Assembly (NCBI GenBank): GCA_033442325.1
Contig: JAWQFM010000004.1
Coordinates: 552,979 to 616,978, forward strand
DNA: 64,000 bases
Direction of reading: 5' to 3'
Source of the DNA: Salpingoeca rosetta
Taxonomy: Eukaryota > Protista > Choanoflagellata
Below, piece after piece: positions 37,201-46,200 of this stretch (position 1 is the stretch's first letter; every line of letters begins with the position of its first letter). The notes beneath the pieces were generated by a model that saw nothing but the letters and a program-made list of their open reading frames with translations, did no database searches and was not told the DNA's origin. The translations under genes and the position numbers were made by a program.

Positions 37201-40200
37201 TCCGCAACAGGCCTGCGTCTCAGCATGTGTCGCCTGCATCTGTGCTGGATACGATCAAGTCTGGCATCCTCAACATGGTGCCACGGGCGCTGTCAAACTC
37301 GCTCGCGTTTCTCCTTCCCCCGTATGAGAATTGGGCTGGTGATGTGTCTGAGCTGACGCGAACCATCGACATCATTACCTCGCCATTGTCCATCCTGCCC
37401 AACCCCAAACCAACTATTGCCTCCACTTTCTCATGTCTGGACAAGATCAAGGCCCAGCCTCCAACGGGCCTCAACGTCACCTTGCACTCGCCTCAGAACG
37501 AGCGCGTGTATGTCCCCCTCAACAACCTCCGCTACTCCAGCCTGACTGCCTTCACAGCCTCCATCAACAGCAACCTGCATCAGCGAACGGAAATGCGCAA
37601 GTGGCTCAAGATCGAGCTCGACCCAGACTCGCTTGTCACGCAAGGCACTGACAACTCGGACTGCGCTGTGTTTCGTGCGGTTCCTGTCACCCCAGGCGCC
37701 CTCACCTACGTTGCCATTGCCTCGACGCCTGACTCTATCCAGCAGAACTTCACGCTTCGTGGCAATTTAAACCCTGCACCAAGGCCACTTTTTGCTCACT
37801 GGGATGACCTCTTGTCCGTGATCCAGGCAGTGCTCATTCCCGACAGTGACCTGCCCAAGCTGCAACGTCTGCAAGTACCGGCCGCCGATGTGGGCGTGCC
37901 TGCCGACCTCGACCATGTGTACCCCGGCATGTTTGACGCCATTGGATTTCGGTTCGATGCCAGCTACGCATACCAGACCGCTGTAGACTCGCCCGTGAAT
38001 GACACCGTGTCTGCGCTCGGTGGCTTGCTGACAGCCTCGCTGGAGGGCGGTCGGGCATTGGCGCACCTTAACGCAACCATCTCAGCCGGCCTCTCCTTTG
38101 TTTTTGACTGCCCGCCACCAAGAGGCGGCGAGAACATCACCGTGTACTCCTCATTCTCCGACGAGGACACGCCAACAACCACAAAAGTGCGGGCCGGTGC
38201 GAACACGTTCACCCTTGACATTCAGGGTCAAATGAGGACGATGCGTGCTGGTGAAGAAGGCACCGACGCCCAAGGTCCGAGCAGTGTCCGCATTGGCCGA
38301 AGGCAGTGGACAGTTGCAGTTACGTTGGAGCCTGGAACGGTCGCGCAGGAAGCAGTGCAATCGGCGCTTGCGCAAAGTCTTCCCGAGTTTCTGCAGCCGT
38401 TTGTGCAGGTATTGCTTGGCAGGCGCACGCGACGCAGCCAGAGGGACCAGATTGCCATCCAAGTGAACCGCGCCTTCCTCGACAACGGCACCGTGTGGGT
38501 TCCAGATCTGGTGGCCATCTCTAGCAGCGAGGTGCCTTGGCTGAAAACATCGGCCTTTGGCCTGCCGCTGGTGCAAGCAATGATGAGCGATGCCAGGCTT
38601 CGTGCAACGGGCGCCCTCAGGGCCAGTGCAGATAGGGCTGAGGTGGAGGCGGGCATCCTGGCCGTTGCATCGGACAAGATTGAGGGAACCACGGACATTG
38701 ACATTGACATTGGCCTCCTCAGTCCGCCTGGCTCGCTTATCCAGCGCACTCCAAGGAGCAATCGAGACAGGAGCAACCCCACCGTCATTGGCTGGGACAC
38801 ACAATCCAACAACACAAGCAACCACATCCCGTATGAAGCGGCGCCCGATCTTGTCGATGACAGGCACTTCGCGCCACATCGCCGGAAGCGGCGTATGGTA
38901 CAGCCCTTTTCCTCGTTCACGAGCGTGACCAGGGCAAACAGCGCCCTGCGAAACGAGCACATGTTTTTCACACACTTTGATGCGAGGGTCTCGCTGAACA
39001 CGACGTTTGAGCTCTCAAATATTACCGTTGGTCTTCGACAGGTCAACGTGCAGACGACGGACGCCGCGCTGGTGCTTCAACTTACCGGTTCGTTCCACCT
39101 GAGCACAGACTTCAACGTGACGGACATGACCAGGCGCTTTGAGTTTGACGTTGACGTGCGCGGCGAGGAGGATTTTGTACAGGCAATACGGAATGTTTTG
39201 CTGGTCAACAGGTCCAGCCTGTGCCAGTTTGCACAGCGGCTGTTGGAGCCCGGAGACGGCGTTGGTGCCCAAGCGGCTGGTGTCCGGCCCCTGCCATTCT
39301 TGACAAAGTCAGTCAGCGACTGGCTTGGCCCGTATCAGCTGGCAGCGGCGCAGGCGGTTGAGGCGCTCTGCGACGGTGGCTTCAACGGCGACCTGCAAGT
39401 GCTCTGCACCGTTCTCAACGAAGCGTTTGACCAGGACGTGTGCGTCAACTCTGAACTCAGGAAGCACGAGGTTGTCATCGATCTGTACATTGTGCTTGAG
39501 GAGCAGTCCGACTCTGAGCAGTTTATCTTTGATGCAAAACTGTTTGAGCCGGTGCAGTCCTTGGAGGAGTTTTCTGTGGGTCAGGCGACAGAGGGCTCAC
39601 TGGCAGTGCAGACTCTGATTGCGTCCAACGCAACCCTCGTTATTGACATCAGCGCACCATTTCCCACGCTGTACATACGGCGTGGCAATCTGCAGCTCAC
39701 CCTCGATGTCAAGGCCATGGGCAACATAGAAGTGTATTTTGGGTCCATGTCTGTGCCGTTGTCAAGTCTGAACTTGGACATTGGCACACCAGTGAACCTC
39801 ACCATCGCCTATGGTGAGCACGAAGATGACCAGCGTATGATTCGTGCGATCCGCAGCATGGAACCAAAGCCACCACAACCAGCAGCAGCAACAGCGGCAG
39901 ACGATGAAGGCCAGCAGGGCGAGGAAGACGACCAAGCAGAAGGCCAGTGCTGGATATGGAGCACAGCGTCCATGCCGGAAGCAGACCCTGTAAATGAGTT
40001 TGAGAGACGAAGGAGGTCCACACATACGTTTCCTCTGGATGCAGGGGTGATGGCACGGCGCCCTCACCCGAGCCATCAGCTACTGCGCCGTCTGCGACGC
40101 ACACAAGCGTCTGCAGACGACGCCGGTAGTGAAGCAGGCCACCGAGAGTTTGGCATTTGTCTCAAGGGACACGCATTCCTGAATGCAAAGGTTCATGTGC

Positions 40201-43200
40201 CTTTTTCTGCGACCTGTGAGGTCGATATCAAGATTCCAGCCCTGACCAGGTTCCTACTTCAGCCAGGCCCGGACACCTTTGCCTTCAAGGCTGATGGTTG
40301 CCCACGCGGGCTGTGGCCGACCATTAGTGGCATCCTCAAGGCAGTGTTTGGGTTTCAGAACGCACTAGCAGACTTCGGGGGCATATCGCTTGCCCTCCGT
40401 TTGGCGTGGGAGCAGTTTTTGGACTTTGTGTTCTCACTTGGAGGTCTCTTGGATGGCCTGAAGCTTCCTGTGCTCGGAGACTGGTGGAAAGACATCCTGC
40501 GCATCAACTTGGGCGAGTTGTTCGACTTTACCTTTCTCAGAAAAATGTGGGACTTCATTGAGATTGGCCTCAGGGATCTCAAGTTCAGTGGCATTAGCTT
40601 CAGCTTTGCTGAGTTTGAGTTTGAGGTGCTCAAGCTCTTCACAGACGCGCTTTCGTTCCTGCTGGGGCCGTGGGCCATTGAGTTTCCAGATATCCCGTCC
40701 ATCACTCTCAAAGAGAAGCGCTGGCCCCTCAACCTCAAGCGAAGCTTCACAGCAAAGCCGGATGAGATTGGTTTTGACTTTGGTGACCATGGGGTGCTCA
40801 GCGCCGACTTTGAGTGCACACAGAAGGTCAAATTCACGTGGCACATCCAAGTTGACCTCGTGTTTTCGGGCGGAATCCGATTTGAGTTTCTGCACAACCC
40901 AGCGGTCCACGTGACGGTGCAGATGGACACGAAAGACTGCTCCCTCTCAGGCGCGTTCCTCCTTGGCGGTTTTGACATGATGGCCACTGCGTTCGTTCGC
41001 CTTGGGCTCACGGTGATCCCACCTGCGCGTACAGAGGACAAGATGTGGGACTTTGAAGCGGCTATCGAAGCAAGGTTTCGTGGCGACATGGTTGCGGGCT
41101 TTGCGGGGGTGTTTGCAGACCTGCTCGACAAGAGCAACGACGAAGCAATTCGAGCACTGCCGAACGTGCGAGCGGACTTGGACTGCGCCTTCGAGTGCGG
41201 TAGCAAGGGTTGCAGCAAGGGCCCGACGTGTCAACTGACCAGCCCTAGACTTTGTGTCGGAAGCCTGCTTCGAACAACGCTGCACCGCGCCCTGAGCTGG
41301 GTCGACAACAAGTTCTTCAAAACCGTCATTGAGGTTGTCGAGTTCCTCCAACAGGAGGTGGACCTGTCGCCCGTTCTCGACGAAATGCCTCTCGTGGATG
41401 TGCTGTACGTGATTGTGCAGAACCTGTGCACGGACAACTGCGATTTTTCCGAGGTGTATGAGATGATTGCCCAGGTAACTTACGTGGTGGACCTCATTTC
41501 CACACTTCGGGACATCGAGGACCTGCTTGAGGATGGTTCGTGCAATGCCATCACCCAGGAGCTTCCCGATATGCTGCTTGACTTCCGGGACGACATCCTT
41601 GAGCCCAAGGTGATGGGACCCCCGCCCGTGAAGCAGCTCAACTTCAAGAGCGGCGACCGCTTGCCCCGGGCCAAGCAGGAGGTCGTGCGGAAGGTCTGGT
41701 CTGACATGACAACGCAGGGCTCTTTTGGTGTCAGGCTTTCGTTTCTCGACAACCCCGTGCTGAACGTGGTCAAGATGTTACTTGGCCAGGTCGTCGATCT
41801 CGTGGAGTTTACCTTCCCGCGACTGGTGATTGGCATTGGCGTTTCCTGGACCATCCCCATCTGGTCTGTCCCGTTGGTTGAGATTGAGCCCACGTTCTCG
41901 TTTGAGATCCAGGCGCAGCCGCCACCGCTCATCATCACAACGGAAACGGCAGTCACACTGCTTCAGACCGGCGACATTGGGTCCACCTTGGGCACGGTTG
42001 CGATTCGAACGGTTGACCGCGCAACCCACAAGCCAATTAACTTCCTTGTTGCGCGGGGTTCCATCGGCGCCTACGTCCGCGTGTCAATTGGCGTGTACTT
42101 TGCATATGTTCAAGGGTCCTTCTACTTGGGGCTCACACTGGAGGCGGCGGTGGCCATTCCCGACATTTACCACACCGGGCGCATCACCATCGGTGACATG
42201 TATCAGTTGGTCAAGTACAACGACGGTAACGTCTTCAAGTCACTGGATCGCCGTTACACGCTGTTTTTGGACGCGGGATTCAGTCTTCGAGCCTGCATTA
42301 ACCTGCTGTTTTACCGCAAGTGCTGGACCATTGTCGCGTGGTCTCATTCGTTCACGCTCTGGGAACGGCTTGACAGGGCGCGCGTGTTTCCCATCCCAAC
42401 CAGCGGTACGGGAAACATCAACATTGGATCGTCGTTCTCACAGCCATATCGCCGTCGGTCCGTGGTCAGGCGGTGCGCGGGCGCTTGCGTGTCCATGGCG
42501 CAGTTCACGCTCTCGCAGGCCAGGGACACGGTCACAGTGGCGGTGAAGACGCCCGATGACGGTGTGAACGAGGCGCCGCGCACAGGGTCGCTTCCCGCCG
42601 ACGGTAGCTGCATCCGGTTCACAGGCAGCTCACACAATAGCGCGCTCAAGGTCCGAGTGGTGGGTGTGTTCAGGTGCGTCCATGTCCCGGCGCTACCTGG
42701 CTCCCACATTGAGATTTCACAGCAGTCGTATGGCGTGTCTTCCAGCCAAGCTGCGCACGGAGCTTCAACCACACACATCTCAGACTCAACGACGCACACC
42801 CTGGTTCGCAGGCGCCGTCAAGCATTGGCCGACACGGTGTTTCCGCGATCTGTGAATGCGACAAGGCGAGCGCCCGTGCAAGTGTTTCGGATCACTCGCA
42901 GCGCAGTCCTGCCCTTGTTTGCAGCCGGGATCGTTTTTAGTGACGAGGGCATGGACCTGCCAAACCGGCGCCGCAGTGTGCGCATGGCCGGGGGCAGACG
43001 GGAGAGTGCAGTGCTGAGCTGCACGTCCTTGCAGCTCACCGACCCACTTCCCCAGGCTCATTTCATCGTGACGGGGACGCCATGCCAAACGGAAGCCCTG
43101 GTCTCTGGCACCCAGACTGTGGGCTTGTACGGGCATCCAGGGCAGATCAATCTGCGGGTCATTGGACAAACCAAGCGGTTCATCATGAATCTCAAGGCAT

Positions 43201-46200
43201 CGCGAATTGTGCTGTCGAGCCAGTACGTTATGGCGGACGGGTATGAGACCCCTTTCACGAAACCGCCTGCGGAGTTGATGGTGAAAGGTCAGGCGTCGAA
43301 TGACGGGTCTGTGGAAGTTTTGGATGTGCCACAAGGCATGTCCATGACGTTTCAGGGCAGTCGAGGCATCCTGGATGTCTTTGTCCCGGACATTCAGCGT
43401 GTGAATGGACTGCTCGTGATTCGCGGTGCAGCCACAGGCTCCGTGAACCGGCTTCGGATTGCGGCCCGCGCCCGGCGTGGGGAGACCCCCTACATAACGG
43501 TGACTTCTGGCCTCTTCAGCCAGAACACAAGCACAGGTTTGCGCCAAGTGGAGCACGCGAACATTAACGACAAGACCTTGGACCTGCATGTTGAAGACGG
43601 CGCGACGGCGGAGACTTCGCTTTTGTCCTCAGAACGGTTTGCGTTTGCGGCTGTGCGTTCGGTAGCAGAGCTTGGGGCAACAGCAACGCATCGCGTCACG
43701 GGCTGCCAGGACCCAACATCTGCACATCGGTACACACTGGAAGGACCGGGCAATCAGCAGCTCATCATCGGCTCTGGCGATCTGGAAAGGTTCAATTGCT
43801 ACATTGATGTGCAAGGAGTTCAGGACTCACCATCTACGGACCAGAACTACACAATCATAGTGGACGCCGGGTATGACACACGGGACTTGTCGTGGTCATT
43901 CTTCAATGGCGGACTTCGGGTTGCGTCCAGGGAATCCCTGGCAAGCCAGCAGCTGCACATTGCCATGCAGAACATCGACCACGTGTACGTCCGCTTTGGA
44001 AACAAGAGCAACGCGGTTCTGTTCACCGAAGCTGACAACACGGCCGACTATGTGCTCAACTTTGAGAGCTCTGGTCCAGTGAATCGAAACACGATCAGCT
44101 TTGCCACCCTCTCACGTGGCGTGCTCGTGCTTGGCACGGTGTCTTTGCGCATCGAGAAGCAGGGCTCTTTAGACCATGCACCGTTCTCACGCATTCAGGC
44201 GTCGATTGTAAGCCTGCGAGACAGGTCACACGAGTCGCTGGAGGGGCGTGTGGTTGTGACGGCTGGAGTTGACGCGGCAAGCCAGCACATTGTGCTGCAC
44301 ACGGACCGCTGTATCTCTCCGGCTGCTGTTGGAGGCGAGGCTGGCACGCCCGCCGAAATCAATGCTGGCCTGACAGAGTGGGTGCTCATGCATGCTGTGG
44401 CACGCGGCTTTGACCCTGGCTTTGACATGAGCCACTGTCATGTGTACCAAGGAGGCCGAGCTCGGGTCGACGTGACGCTGACTCGTGGCGAGGACAGCTT
44501 GTACGTGCACCGGTTTGGCCTGCCCGTGCAGGCTGAGCTGCTGGATGGTGAGGACACGTTTGTTTATGCCAACGCCAACAGCAGCACTTCCTTCGACGTC
44601 AACACCGGGCGTGGGAACGACCATGTGATGGTTGAGTGTGAGTTCGCGTCATCTCGGCTGGACTTTGGGTCCAATGACGACTTGGATTCTTTTTGGCTGT
44701 TTGCGAATGGGGTGACACCGGAGCTACTGTCCTCGGCGGAGGTGCGACCAGTGAGGAGTGAGGATGCGACATCGGCGCTTTCGTTTGTGCACCAGAATGG
44801 CGCGGTGCTCCACTTTTATCCGTGGGGACGAGAAGACAGCGGTCAGCGGAAGACCCGATCGCTGGCAACGCACAGAGCAGCACGCAGCACTCTGGCAGCC
44901 TCCTCAGTGGGTTCTGCAATGGCATGGTTTCCCGGAAACAACACGGTGATCCGGGTCTCGTTTCCAGACGAGAACCGCGTCGTGTTCATCGAGCCACAGA
45001 GCCGCTGCTCGTATGTGGTGGAGAACCTTGGGGCCGGATCTATACTGCGTGTCGGTGAGCAACCCAACGCACAGCGGAGATTCTCCCGTGATTCTTCGCA
45101 GAAGGCCGCCACACGGGAGGGCCGATCTAGCGGCGTATTCACAGACGACAGCCAAGGGACGCCGAAAGACTGGCAAGTCATTTCCGCACTTCAGGACCTG
45201 AGTGCGCCCGCAACCATTCAGGTCATAGGACAAGAGAAGAGCAACCTCACAGTGTGCATGATTGTGCCACGACAACGCGACCTGCGAAACGTGCGCACAC
45301 TTCGCTTCGATGAGCTTGACTCGGGAGCAGCGCGTCTGTCGCTGGGGTCGAACGCGATGCAGGTGGTCAACGCGAGGCACGTTGCGTTGCTTGCTGAAGG
45401 CAATGCCCGCTTCGAGCTGCAGTCCTCCATCTCGGGCGTGGACCTTGTTGTTGCGGCCAGGGAGCCCTCGAACCTTATAGCTCAGCCTGACACGGTACTG
45501 CAGAATCCAATTCAGCTGTACAACGTGACGGCTAGCCTGCCAACGGCGGCGCTTCTGGGCGCAGGTCGTGTGATTGTCAGTGGTGATGAAACTGGGTTGG
45601 TCACCGCCCTGCCCAGCAACAACGTCACTGTGGAAGGGGGCTGCCTCTTGGTGTTGCACCCCGCTGATGGGCAGCCACTCGTGCCTTCCCCGCTTTCACC
45701 TTGGGCTCTCGCATGGGCACAGATGCTTCTGCCTCCCTCCACGTTTGAGCGCATTGCGGATGACCCATGCTTTGGCTTGTTTCCCGACTCAAATCATCAT
45801 CTCCCCATCAGCAATGTCGAGTCTACCCGCATCACGGACGTGCGAAGGCACTTCACGACCATGGCATTCTCGCCGGCGGCTACGGTTGAACTACGTGACA
45901 CGACTCCACTGTCACACGTTCTGCTGCACGAAGACCACGTCAGTATTGACAATGGCGCGTACACGGTGCAATTTGGGAGTGAGCCGTCACGCTCGGCAGC
46001 CCAGCGGCAAGTGCGGCTCATGAGCCCAGTGCTCCGAAATGAGAGTGCTGTTGTTCAACTGCCCGCAGGTGCAGATTGTTCTCGCTCGCCGCAGACGCTC
46101 TTTGAAACATTGTATGACAGCGAACACGACTTGTTGCACAGGCATCACATTGGGTTGCGAACGGCCACAGGGGGTATGTTGTCAAGTTCTCTCACGTTCC

